Shown here: positions 1-12,326 of the stretch, piece after piece | Numbering within the stretch: the stretch's first letter is position 1 | Layout: each line of letters opens with the position of its first letter | From: the human T2T-CHM13v2.0 reference genome, Homo sapiens | Direction: 5' to 3' (one strand) | NCBI RefSeq assembly: GCF_009914755.1 | Contig: NC_060931.1 | DNA: 64,000 nucleotides | Notes under the pieces: generated by a model | The model's database searches: none | The model's input: only the letters and a program-made list of their open reading frames with translations | Told to the model about the DNA's origin: nothing | Translations under genes and position numbers: made by a program

Positions 1-345
1 TTTGTAGGGACATGGATGAAGCTGGAAGCCATCATTCTTAGCAAACTAACACAGGAACAGAAAACCAAACACCGCATGCTCTCACTCATAAGTGGGAGTT
101 GAACAATGAGAACACATGGACACATGGAGGTGAACATCACACGCTGGGGCCTGTCAGGGGGTGGGAGGCAAGGGGAGGCAGAGCATTAGGAGAAATACCT
201 AATGCATGCGGGTCTTAAAACCTAGATGACGGGTTGATAGGTGCAGCAAACCACCATGGCACATGTATATCTACATAACAAACCTGCACATTCTGCACAT
301 GTATCCCAGAACTTAAAGTGAAATAAAAATAATTTTTTAAAAAAC
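1..345 (+). mobile_element. L1PA 3' end (older L1PA8-11-like), cut by the window edge
   Basis: ORF2 tail (ggatgaagctggaagccatc), L1 3'UTR and A-rich tail. Confidence 0.9.
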
Positions 346-986
346 TGACTATTCAATAAATGGTGTTTGGACAACTGGTGAAATTGGGCATATGGAGAAA
401 GACTGAACCCTACTTCATATCATACACAAAAACTAACTCAATATGATTCAAGACTTAACTGTGCAAAAGCAAAAAAGTACAAAAAATTAGAAGGCAATAT
501 AGGAGAATATTTTGTTGAACACATGTTCCTGAACAAGATGTAGAAAGTGTAAACCATAAAAGAAAAAGCTGATTTCCCAGCTGCATTAAAACATTTCTGT
601 TCGACCACAAAAATTTGAACACATATTGAGTATTAGATGACATTAAGGAATCATTAATTTTATTAGATAAAATCATGGTATTATGTGATTTTGTTTTTTT
701 TTAAGAAAGACTCTATTAGAGATACATAGTGAAGTATGTCCTAGTGCAATAATATGACGCAGAACTTGCTTTAAGATATTCCAGGAAAAAAAAAAGTGGA
801 GGGAAATACATGACATGAGATTAGAAAACATGTTGATAACTACTGAAACTGGGCAATGAGTATGTGGAAGTTATTTTACAACTCTCTTTACTTTTGTATA
901 TGTTTTAAAATTTCCATAAGAAGAAATAAAGAGAGAAAGAGGAGGTAAGAGAGGAGGAAGAGTAGAATTACATTTATCAAAAAATA

Positions 987-1350
987 CTGTGCTAGTCTGG
1001 GTTCCCCAGGAGGTAGATGACAAGGTGGAATTAAAGGTGCAAGAGATTTGCTGGGGACAGCACCTGTGAAGAATAAAGGCAAGAAGGAGCAGCAGTGTGG
1101 GGGAGAGTCTGAGACTATGATTCGGGCCTGACACCTAGGAAAAGAGAGGGGCGAGAAGAAGGATTGGATAGGAAGAGCCTCTGCCTGCAGTGCCACACTG
1201 AGAAAGCCCTGGGCAGGCTTCAGTACCTCCACCATGCTCAGGTTTGACCAGTAGCATGTGACCCAAAGGTGTGGCTAATGAAGGATGTCAACTAATTACT
1301 TTCCTTACAGTAGGTTCTCTCTGAACAGTGCACTCCCATGGTTACCACAC
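987..1350 (-). mobile_element. ERVL-type LTR remnant (LTR16/33/41-like)
   Basis: tgtgctagtctgggttcccc...gtgcaagagatttg...tgacacct...ggaagagcctc pattern; degenerate. Confidence 0.5.
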
Positions 1351-1760
1351 ATACCAGAAAGGAAGTGAAAAAACAACCACAGACTTGAAGGAGTAACAGA
1401 AGACTGGAACACTATAAACACTATAAAGAATTTCAAGAAAAAAATATAAAAGTCAAACAAATATAGAATTAAAAACAGGCAAAAGACAAAGCAGGCGTTT
1501 CACTGAAAACAAAATATATAGTCCAAAAGTATATGAAACGTTTCATCAGTAACAAGATAAAAATTAAAACCAGTTCATACCCACAAGATTGGCAAAAATG
1601 TTAGAGTTGAATATACCAAGTGTTTGTGAAGTTATGGAATAAAAGAAACACTCCATTGAATGCTTGTGGGAGCACTAATTGCCTTGGGAAATCAGTGTGT
1701 CATTAGCTCACAAAGCTGAAAACAAGAATTCACAACCCAGTAATTCCACTCTTAGTTATA

Positions 1761-2340
1761 TATCTGTTTGCTTTCTATTGCTGCCATAACAAATTACCAC
1801 AAACCTGCTGGCTTGAAACAACAAAAATGTATTATCTTACAATTCTGCAGGCCATATGTCTATATGGGTCTCCCTGGAACAACAGGAAGGTGTTAGCCGA
1901 CTGCATTCCTTCCTGGAGGCTCTAGGAGAGAATCTGTTCCCTGTTCTTTTGCATTGTTGGCACAATTCCGTTCTTTGAGGTTGTAGGACTGAGTTCCCTG
2001 TTTATTCACCATAACATGAGGGCTGTTCTTCATTTCAGAGGCCTCCAGATTCTTCTGCTTTTGGCTCCCCTCCTCCATCTTCAAAGACAGCAAGGACAGG
2101 TTGAGAAGTTCTCGAGTTGCATCTCTCTGATCAATTCTTTGGCCTCCATCTTCTGCTTTTAAGTACTTGGGTGATTAGTTTTGGCCCACCTGGGTAATCC
2201 AGGATAACCTCCTTCTCTTAAGATCCTTAACTTTAATCCCATCTGCACATTCATTTTTGGCCATGTAAAACAATATGTTCACAGACTCAGGGGGTTAGGA
2301 CTTAAATGGTTTTAGAAGGATATTATTTGGCCTACCACAT
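1761..2340 (-). mobile_element. MLT1 (MaLR) solo LTR
   Basis: attgctgccataacaaattaccacaaac...gcttgaaacaac...; ends gcctaccaca. Confidence 0.85.
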
Positions 2341-3295
2341 CATTGTAAAGACACTTACACACACACCAGGATACATGGTTTGGAATGTTCATAGCCACAT
2401 AGTGCATAGACAACAGAAACTGGAAACAAACCAAGTGTTCATTAATGGTAGGATGGTTGAATAAATTCTGGTATGTTTACAAAGTGAAAAACCATACAAT
2501 AGTGAAATAATGAATAAACCACAGATACACGAAATAAAATGCTAACACCCACAAAGTTAAGTAGTGGACACACAGCAGTCTCTGAAACAATCATTCTGTG
2601 TCCTCTTTACTTGTTTTCAAGCTCCAGATTCAACCCACTTCCCCTTTAGTTCTCCCAGATTCACAATCCCACACGTGTTCAGTGGGCTCAGCATTGGCAT
2701 CTGGGATCTCAGTTCTGAACTCTCAGGGCTCCCATAGGCACTGGTTTCTCATCTTCCCACTGGCTTTCCCCACAATCCTCTACCCCAGAAAGGCAGCTTG
2801 ATCCTAGCCTCCCACTCCCAGCCAGCCCCTGACCCAGCTCTCTGGTTGGACATCCCTCTAGCTTTCCAAATCCCAGAGGTACTATCAGAAACCACTCAGT
2901 CACAGACCCCTCTGCAACACAGGAGCTCACCAAGGGGGGAAATGCCTATATGTTAGTGGGATTTCAGGGGAGGGAAGAGATAGAAGATGATCTATTTTGA
3001 AGGTATATTTCCCGCCTAAAAATATGGCCTTGGTTTCTCATTCCTGTTCATTGTTGAACTCAACAGCTAAGTTGATAACTTAAAAAGCAAAGGAAATGTA
3101 GCAACTCTAAACTTCTGAGAGAGTAAATATGAAAAGTTAGTTCTCTATTTATAAATAGAAAAATACTCTTTTTATGGTTAAGGCTTGGCGATAGTTATTT
3201 TTACTCAGGAATTTCACCAATTCTTTGCTGGACTGAGGAAGAAAATTACCTTTCACCTAAACAAGAGAAAAATATTATTCATAGCACTTAAATGT

Positions 3296-3462
3296 TGGTC
3301 TCCAGCCTTAACTGTACATCAAATGACAAAGGGAACTTTAAACAAATACTGAGGTCTGGGTCCCATTCCTAGTGATTCTGAATAAATTGATCTGGAATGT
3401 GCCTGGCAGCAAGGGTTTTTAAGGTCTCCAAGTGATTCCAATGAACAACTAAGGTTGAGCTG
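3296..3462. mobile_element. MER5-type hAT-Charlie fossil
   Basis: ctgtacatcaaat...gattctgaataaattgatctgg...gtgattccaatg palindromic MER5 layout. Confidence 0.65.
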
Positions 3463-3504
3463 ACAACCTGTCCCTAGGATAAACATGTCAACACAGGTCC
3501 TCAC

Positions 3505-3660
3505 TGACTCTTCACAATCCTGTGAGATACCAGCCCTGCAGATGAGAAAGCTAGGGCTCAGAGAGGTTAAGTAACTTACCTATGACCACGCAGCTAGTAA
3601 GGGTATGAAACAGCATTTCCAACCAAGTTCATATGACTTCAAGTCCATGCACTTAATCAC
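3505..3660 (-). mobile_element. MIR SINE
   Basis: cagatgagaaagctagggctcagagaggttaagtaacttacc core. Confidence 0.75.
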
Positions 3661-3949
3661 TAGCAAGTGGGAAAAAAGCTGTCATTGTGAGGAAGGGTGA
3701 AATTAAATGTGGATAAGGACCTGCTTAGCAACTTTAATTTCCCACTCTAGAGCCATTACATTCTTACTTACAGACACAGCCAAGGCCGAATCTCTAGGAC
3801 TCTTGTTCTTGAAAGAAATCTTAAAAGTTTTCCCAGTGTATGCATCATCCTTGTACCCCAGATCTGGAAACTGGGCTCTTGTCTTATGCCTATGAACGGA
3901 GGCCCTGTGGTCTCCTCTAGCCCAGGAAGGATGAGCATAAACCATGGAC

Positions 3950-4165
3950 AACAGAACTAGAGTCCTGGGTTCAAATCCTGTCTGCATTTGATATATTACT
4001 GTGACTTTGGGTAAGTCAGCTAACCTCTCTCTCAATTTCCACATCTATAAAATGTGAAAATTAAAACCTACATTGTTGGATTGTAGTAAGGAGTAAATGA
4101 GATCTATATAAAGAGATAGTATAACATCCAGCTCATAGCAGGTACTCAATAAAGTGTAGCTGTAG
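3950..4165 (+). mobile_element. MIR SINE
   Basis: ctgggttcaaatcct...gtgactttgggtaagtca...catctataaaatg core. Confidence 0.75.
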
Positions 4166-6352
4166 TATGATATTATAATTAATATAATGATTATTACTTG
4201 GTACCCTTGTTTCAATGGAGTAAGATTGTTGCTTTACCTTTCCAAGAATTGCTTGAATGCTGCTATTGAATCCAATTTTTTTTTTTTTTTTTGCCTCAAC
4301 CATAAAGATGTACAGCTCAATCTCTGTGATGCCTGAGGCTTGCCCTCTAGGACTTCAACCTGGTACCCACAGTCAGACCCTACTTCTACCACTCTCTCTT
4401 ACCATGCTTCTCCTGCCTGTGTCCTAGAGATACTGTAGATGTTCTTGATGCAAGGCCTATGTTCGTCCGGATCCCTGCAGAGCACCCACCTCAGGGCTGT
4501 TCCAGATCACCCATGTGACCCCAAAAAATATGCTCCCCTAGCTTCCAAGTCTCCAGTCCTCTCCTCTTTGGGCCAACTTGCTATATCCATGGCAATCCAT
4601 GATATTACTTCTGCCAAGTAAAAGCATGATGTTAATGCATTGATTTGTGTATCAAAAATTCAACACCATTGGTTTTAAAGTTTGGGCTGAAGGATGAGAC
4701 AAACCTTCCCAGTTTCCTCAGAGGGATTCCAGCCTAACCCAAAGCCACAAATGTGGTTGGGACGGAACTCTCATTTATTCCAATCGTTGCATAAACATAG
4801 ATAAAGAGGCATAATTCTCTTGAGAGATTTTCAAGGTCCTCCTTAAAGTGTGTTTCCCTCACTATTGTGGTTCTAAACTATAGCCACAGCCTCAAGACCA
4901 AATTACAGCCTTTGGCGGCCGGTTTCAGTCTGGTGGTTACGGCAATGAATTTGGAGTCAAGAATCCTGGAGTCTCAGCCAACTATTCCCTGGGTAACCAC
5001 AAGCAAGTTAGCTGCCCTTGTCTCAGTTTTTCTATCAGTCAAATGGGGTAATTTTTCCTTCCTTCCATTTACTTCAAAGGCGTAGGTTATGACAATTAAT
5101 TACCTATTGGCCACGGTAAACTTGGAACTTTCTGTGCAGTAACAAAGCTATTGTCAACTTTTTCCTTCAAAGCATAATCCCCGAATCTTGGGATTATTTT
5201 AGCTTTTGGATATATGAATGTCACCGCTGGAGGTTCATTCAGGGATGTTTTTTCTCTAGGGTTACTGAGCCACATACTCAATTGCCTTAGTGCTGGCAGA
5301 TGGAAGCAGAAGAATCTTCCAAAACATTAAACCAAAAAGCCTGGATTCAGCTGAAGAGAACCACATTGCTAAATCACATGGGTGGCTTTCTTTAGTCCCA
5401 ACGGCCTGAGCTTCCCCACAATATACACACCTAATACCACTTGAAAAATATTGTAAAGAATATAGTTTGGTATTTACAGGTAAATATGACCTGGTTAAAA
5501 TTTCCCATCTCCTCTTCCTGTTTGTGTAACACCAATATCGTTCTTTATCTGCCATGTCTCTATCACTTTTAGTTTTGAAGGGATCCTTTTTCACAATCCA
5601 TATTTTAACACTGAAAAATTCTATTAGCTCCCTGTATACAACCAGTGACAGACCTGTGGAGGTGGAAACCCACCCACGAATACTACTTTTAGAGCAACTC
5701 TGAGAAAGAAACAACTTGAAAGTTGAATTCCTATAGGTGATAAAAGTGATAGGCATTGAGAAAAGAAATGAAATTGTAGAGTTATCAGATATTTTAATTT
5801 TTGTGCATACATAGTAGGTGTATATCATATTATTTTTAAGTGCTTAAATTACTATTTATATTGCTGGGTTTTCCTCTTTAGTATTGTTTTGTACGGCTGT
5901 CACTTCTGAATAAGAGTATAAATTTTGACAATTTAGTAAAATATTACTGTTGCCACATAATGTAGATTATGAACACACTCCTGTTTTTTAGAATGGTTAG
6001 CTGACAATTGAAATAGAACAAATACACCTCATCACAATTATTCTTCTCTGCTATAAAATAAATAAAAATTATAGTACTGGGAATTTTAGCCAATTACAGT
6101 CCTCAACTTTAAATAGTGTGTTTCATTATTAATGCTTAAATAGATATATTCTAAAAAGGACTCAATGAAATTAAGTATTGCATATACATTAGATATAACA
6201 GATTAATTCACTTTGATTCATGTGGTGTAGTGTAAAGATTATTCATCAATCAGCTACAGATTCAGCTTCCCAGGTTTGTCTTGGTTCTTCCACTAACTCT
6301 CTTTGTGACTTTGAATAAGTTCCTTCATATGTCAGGGCTCCAATTTCCTGAT

Positions 6353-6820
6353 TGTAACTGGTTCATTTGTGTTCCTTTCCCCTCTACCAAAAAAAAGACA
6401 TGTTGAAATCTTAACCCCTAGTACTTCAGAATGTGACCTTACCTGGAAAGGGGTTCTTGCAGATATAATGAATAAGATGGTCCTACTGGAGTAGACGGGT
6501 CCATCAGACTAGTGTCCCTATAAGAAGATGGCCCCCTGAAGACAGAGACACACAGGGAGAATGCCATGGGACAACAAAGGCAGGGACTGAAGTTATACAG
6601 CTGCAAGCCAGGGAACATGCAAACCACCAGAAATTAGGAAGAGACAAGGAAGGATTCTTTCTCACAGGTTTCAGAGGGAGCATGGCCCTGCTGACACCTT
6701 AATTTCAGACTTCTAGGATTTCAGACTTCTAGCCTCCAGAAGCATGCAGCAATAAATTTCTGTTGCTTTGAGTCACCCAGTCTGTGGTACTTTGTTATGG
6801 CAGCCCTAGGAAACTAAAAT
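6353..6820 (+). mobile_element. MLT1B/C solo LTR
   Basis: gttgaaatcttaacccc...gaatgtgaccttac...aataaatttctgttgc...gcagccctaggaaactaa. Confidence 0.85.
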
Positions 6821-6889
6821 GCTGATCTTTAAATTGAGAGTGCTGAACTCCGAAAGCCTCATCCAGAAATATATTTTTATTTTTCTAAG

Positions 6890-7215
6890 TCAGGAGTCAA
6901 TTTTTCTGTAAGCTTTTCCTGTAAAGGGACAGATGATAGGCTTTGCAAGTTACGTAGTCTCTGTCATAAATACTCAATTCTGCTGATTAAAAGCTGCCAT
7001 AGATAATATGTAAATCAATGAGTGTGGTTATGTTCCATCAAACTTTATTTATAGACACTGAAATTTGAATTTCATATAATTTTCCTGAATCAGAAAATGG
7101 TATAGAAAAAATTTCCCCACTACTTAACAATATACACGTGATTATTAGCTCTTAGGCCACACAAAAACAGGCAGGGGGCTAGATTTTGTCTGCAGATGCA
7201 ACTTGTTGAACCTTG
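6890..7215 (+). mobile_element. MER58-type hAT fossil
   Basis: ttttcctgtaaagggacagat...gccatagataatatgtaaat...aaactttatttatagacactgaaatttgaatttc. Confidence 0.7.
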
Positions 7216-10200
7216 TTCCAGGCTGATAACATAAAGTTGGCCCACTTGGTCAAAAGCATGACAGAAAAGCAATATGCACTCTTTTATTTAGGATACATAA
7301 GATAAGTGGCCTGACTTGTGAATGAGAATTGTATTCATGGAGTGATATCTGTCTATAATAAAAATATTTTTATGAACCCACTTGAGAATCACATTTCAAA
7401 ATGCATGATAGTGTAGTGGTTTTTTAAAACTCCATTTTATTACTTTATCTCTTTTCTTTAGTATTCAAAGATATTTTAATAGTAGCACAAATATTAATAA
7501 TGAAAATGATCACTATTTGTTGACACAGGGCTTCATTTGGCACTGGGCTAAATGCTGTACAAAATTATCTCATTAATCCTACAATAATCCTGCAAGTTAC
7601 ATAGTCCTTTACCTCCTTTATAGATGAGGCTAAGTAACATGCCTGAGGCAACATGACTAGTACATAACTGAGCCAGGAGTAAATCAGGTGATTCTGACTT
7701 CAAGGTATATCATTGAAACCACTTTAAATACTATTGTTAATTTCTTGTTATGGTTGATTCTAAATTTCCAATGTTAATCAAGTAATAATAAAATCTACAA
7801 TTTTATTACTAATAAATAACAAAATCTATAATTCATATTAACAGCAAATAATGGAAGAAAAACATACTTTATTCTAACTCATTAAATTAGATCAAATATA
7901 ACATTTGATTTGTCTCAAATACTGGAGTTACATGAGCAAATGGCCCAGCCTTAATCTTAAGGCTTACTTAGCTTTGGGAAAAACATAAATTATGATGTAA
8001 AACTAGATACTGCTTTATAATATACTCTTTTTTAACCACCCAGTGACAGAGAAGGTAGAAAAAAAATCAAACTGACCTGTTGATAGCATATGTGATTAAG
8101 TTCTTTGTTCAGGTTTATTGACAGATGGCGGAAAATAGAAGAAAGGATATAGATGCCAGGGAGATGGAGGGTGGTGTAATCAAATACAAAACCATCTGGA
8201 TCCTGTCCCTGTGTGACCTAGTGTTTGTGTTTAAGTTAAACTTTTTGTATCCTCATCTGACAGATCACAGACCAAATTTCTAAACTGAAGCATTCTTTTG
8301 GCAAACACAGAGGAGCAAAGCATTGTTTGAGGAAATTATATACTTCATTCATATAAAGATTAAGTCAGTGAAATTATTAAAATGGTAGAACAGGATTTGA
8401 GAGCTTAATCTGCAAGGATGCCATCATGCTTGATTTACAGAGAGCATGCAATGTGCCTGATATAAAAATGTCTGTAGAGTACAAACCTAGCAATCTGCTT
8501 TGTGTTACTTTCTAATAAATGTCAATGGGGAAACTGTGTTTATAGCTTGAAATATAGGGAGGGAGAGAAATCCAGTAGCTTGCCTCATGGAGATATATCC
8601 TCTTTGTTGATTCCACGAAAATGTCAAATCAGTACAACTGCTCCAAGGCTCTTGGTCTTCACTTCTGCACTGATTAAGCTGCATGCACGACATTTTGGGA
8701 ATAATAAACTGCATTCATAATATGCTGACTCAGTGAGAATAGCAAGCCCCACAGATTTCAATGAACACAATGTCCACAGCTATTTTGTAGCTAGAAAAAT
8801 TAAGACACCTTGAAAAAACAACCTGTTTCAAAACAAATTAGAATCAGAAATCAGCAATAAGACTTAAGTCTATCCCTTTTCTGGGACAGCTGCATTATGG
8901 GGTTTAATTTTGGTGACATTTTTTCAGTGATAGTTTAGTAGAAACAATTCTCACTTCCAAAGCTACAATAGATTTATGGAACTCTCACTACATCTTATTG
9001 AAAACCAGCTTTTACCCATTTAATTTGGTTTAACTGACATTTATGAAGAACTTTACTAGATCTAGAGGTAAAAATGCTGAGTAAAGACAATCCCCACCCA
9101 TGAGGACTTTAGAATCTAATGAGGAGGAAAAACCCACAAAAGAAACTTCAGGGTAGATAATTTTACTTGAATGAGCCTAAAGAACAAGATAAAGATATTG
9201 AGCGTGATGGAAAACTGAAAGGGAGGCACAGAGCTCAACCTGGGAGTTCAAAAAAGTCTTCTGAAAGAGGATACTGCAAAAAAGGAATTCTTACAGTTAA
9301 TGAACATATAACCGATTGAAGAGAAGGGAGGAAAAAGCATCCTACCCTGGAGAAACTAAATAAGCAAAGTTGAGAGGTATAAGACATTGCGGAGCATGCC
9401 TGGAGAGGATGCTCCTCAGAGAGCAGAATTACTCATGTAAAAACTCCAATTTATGGCTATTCCTAAATGGAAAAACTAGGTATCTGGACAATATTATTAA
9501 GGGCTTTAGATTCACAGTGTAAACAGTAATTGGGGAAACCTGTTGTTATTACATAATGCCCATATCGGGATAGGAAATCTGATCCTAGAAATCTCTCTTA
9601 TAAAAATAGGTTTTAGAAAACCAAATATAGTACTCCCTGGCTGATGACATGGCCTGTGCCTGCTCTTAGGTCAGTGTCCTCATTGGGTGAAAGTCTGTGG
9701 TAACTCCGAGTAAGACAAACAGAAGCTCAATGGCCTCTCATGTATAATCACCTGAAAATTATTTACTGAACATCCTGCACACCCAGTGATTCTTCTCAGG
9801 ACTTCTGTGTAGTACTTTGCACTTCTATCCCTTTTCTTTTACAAGGAAAGAGCGAACAGTGGTGGGCAGGAAACCAAGAGTTGTGCCTGTTCTGCCCCAA
9901 GGTCACTGCTGGCCACTGAGCTGTAGAAGGTTGCAGATAGCTACCCAAAAGTTTGATGGAAAGAGCCTCCATTATTACGATAAATGCAGGCCCACCTAAG
10001 TATTAGCTTTGAGGGAAGACATCGTAGGTAGGAGAAGGCAGTCGTCCAACACCTCCAGCTTCATCCCTGCTGAGTTTTTCCTCACTCTAGTTTTTTACAC
10101 TTTGATTTTGAGTACCATCACTTCCTGGATGGTGTCTCTATGACTTGGGCACTGGAGAAGGGGTACCTTTTGTTCTCCAACTGCAATAGTCTGAAGTGTC

Positions 10201-10708
10201 CAAAAACACTTAGTATGAAAGAACAACAATAACACCACTGGAAGGACACTCTCTAGTTAAGCTAACAAAATAGTGGCTTCTCACCATCCCAAATCTGATT
10301 CTTAGGATAAACACTAACTCCAAAAGGAAATATAACCTCATTAGCATACTATATGCATACCTTTTCCCTGTCCTCTGTCCTGCCCCTGCAAGATGCAATA
10401 ACACTTCCTCTTCTACAGGGTCAGGCACCTGGTCACCAGGGTCCTTCCTGGCCAACACAAAGAAAACATTTTTCAGCTGTATGAGAGTAGTATAGTGGCC
10501 AAAAACCACCTGAGTCAGACTGCCTGGGTATCACTTACCAGAGGTGTGACCTTAAGTAAATCACTTAGTCTGTTTTTCTCTGTTTTATCATCTGTAAAAT
10601 GGGAATAATGATACTACTTAGAATTAAGTGAAAAAATGCATATATTTACCACACATAGTATATAAAATTAATTAATAGTTTGTCTTTTAGGAGGCAGATA
10701 ATTAATAA

Positions 10709-11057
<349 letters not shown>

Positions 11058-11334
11058 TCCTTTTTATATGAAAGACATGACTTTCCACTGAACACTGGTG
11101 ACTGAAACAATAAATAGGGTCACCCTTCAAGTAAGCCCCTGTTATGTAGCTACAGGAAGTATCATAATCTCTTACTACCCAACAATACTGCAGTATGCTA
11201 ACCATAATCCTACCTTGCCCAGGCTGGACCTTCACCCAGGCTGCTCTCTTTGCCTGAAATGCTGTAGCACCACCCCACTCCCTCCTTACTGACTCCATGC
11301 ACATATCCACATGACTAGTGCTCAATAATAGCTC

Positions 11335-11605
11335 TCCAATCCTGTGCATCCCAGCTCTTTACATTTAGGTGGGGCCATGAACACATACAGGTTGATGATC
11401 TGTTAACAGCAGAGGAAAGCACTGCACATTCTTCCCTTTTGGTGGAGAACATAGCAGCCATACGGGGTTTCACAGACCAATATCATCAGGAGTACAGTTG
11501 CCCTGGAAAACAGACTTTGTGTAAGCAAACTTTTAAGTATCAAGCCACTGTGATCTGTGGGCTGCTTGACCACAGCATAAGCCTGGCCCATCCTGAAAAA
11601 TGTAC
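11335..11605 (+). mobile_element. Old MLT1 LTR remnant overlapping the candidate alternative last exon
   Basis: cccagctctttacatttaggtggggccatg start and aaacttttaagtatcaagccactgtgatctgtgggctgcttgaccacagcataagcctggcccatcctga MLT1-like 3' end. Confidence 0.55.
11403..11502 (-). CDS. SEM1: Candidate alternative terminal SEM1 exon (ATVLLMILVCETPYGCYVLHQKGRMCSAFLCC*), giving an 89-aa isoform
   Basis: Acceptor gtctgttttccag|GGCAACT is phase-compatible with exon 2 (CG+G=Arg); open to TAA at 11405-11403. Resembles an isoform I recall from annotation, not verified. Confidence 0.6.
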
Positions 11606-12014
11606 ACCCCTTATGCCCCAGTCCCATCCCCATCTCTACCTCCCCTCTCCCTGACTCCCGCCAGCCAAATTTTTAGATCATGAATTATATATTCCTCAGA
11701 TAAGCCTAATGGTCATTCTTTCTAGGTAGGTCTCACTCTTGCTATTCTCTATTACAGAGTCCTGTTCTTTCTTTAAAATTATTTTCCTCATTATTTGTAA
11801 TTACATATTTACACATTTGTCCACTTCTGTCTTCCTTGTCTCCACCACTAGACTGTTAAGATCCACCACAGATCTATAATTATGGTCATCTAGGCTTTAC
11901 TTACCAACAAAATAGGTAAATCAACCAGGGCTTAGAATATTACTAGGGCTTATAGAGCAGTGTTTATACATATATTTTAATGAATGAACATCAGTCTGTC
12001 AAAAGAAGTATACA

Positions 12015-12326
12015 GGCTGGGTGCGGTGGCTCACACCTGTAATCCCAGTGCTTTAAGAGGCCTAGGCAAGAGGGGGATCACTTGAACCTAGGAGTTAGAG
12101 ACCAGACTGGGCAACATAAGGAGACTCTTTCTCTAAAAAAACAAACAAACAAAAAAATTAGCTGAGCGTGGTGGTGCATGCCTGTGGTCCCAGAAGATAC
12201 TTGGGAAGCTGATATGGGAGGATGGTTTGGGCTCGGGAGGTCAAGACAGCCGTGAGCCATGATTGAGCCACTGTATTCCAGCCTGGGCAACAGAGCAAGA
12301 CCCTGTCTCAAAATAAAAAGTAATAA
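12015..12326 (+). mobile_element. AluJ
   Basis: Diverged dimer; TSD aagtataca at 12006-12014 and 12327-12335. Confidence 0.93.

Noticed and set aside
5262-5828. 188-aa minus-strand ORF
   Set aside because: No recognisable domain, composition typical of AT-rich chance ORFs, and no promoter or splice context.
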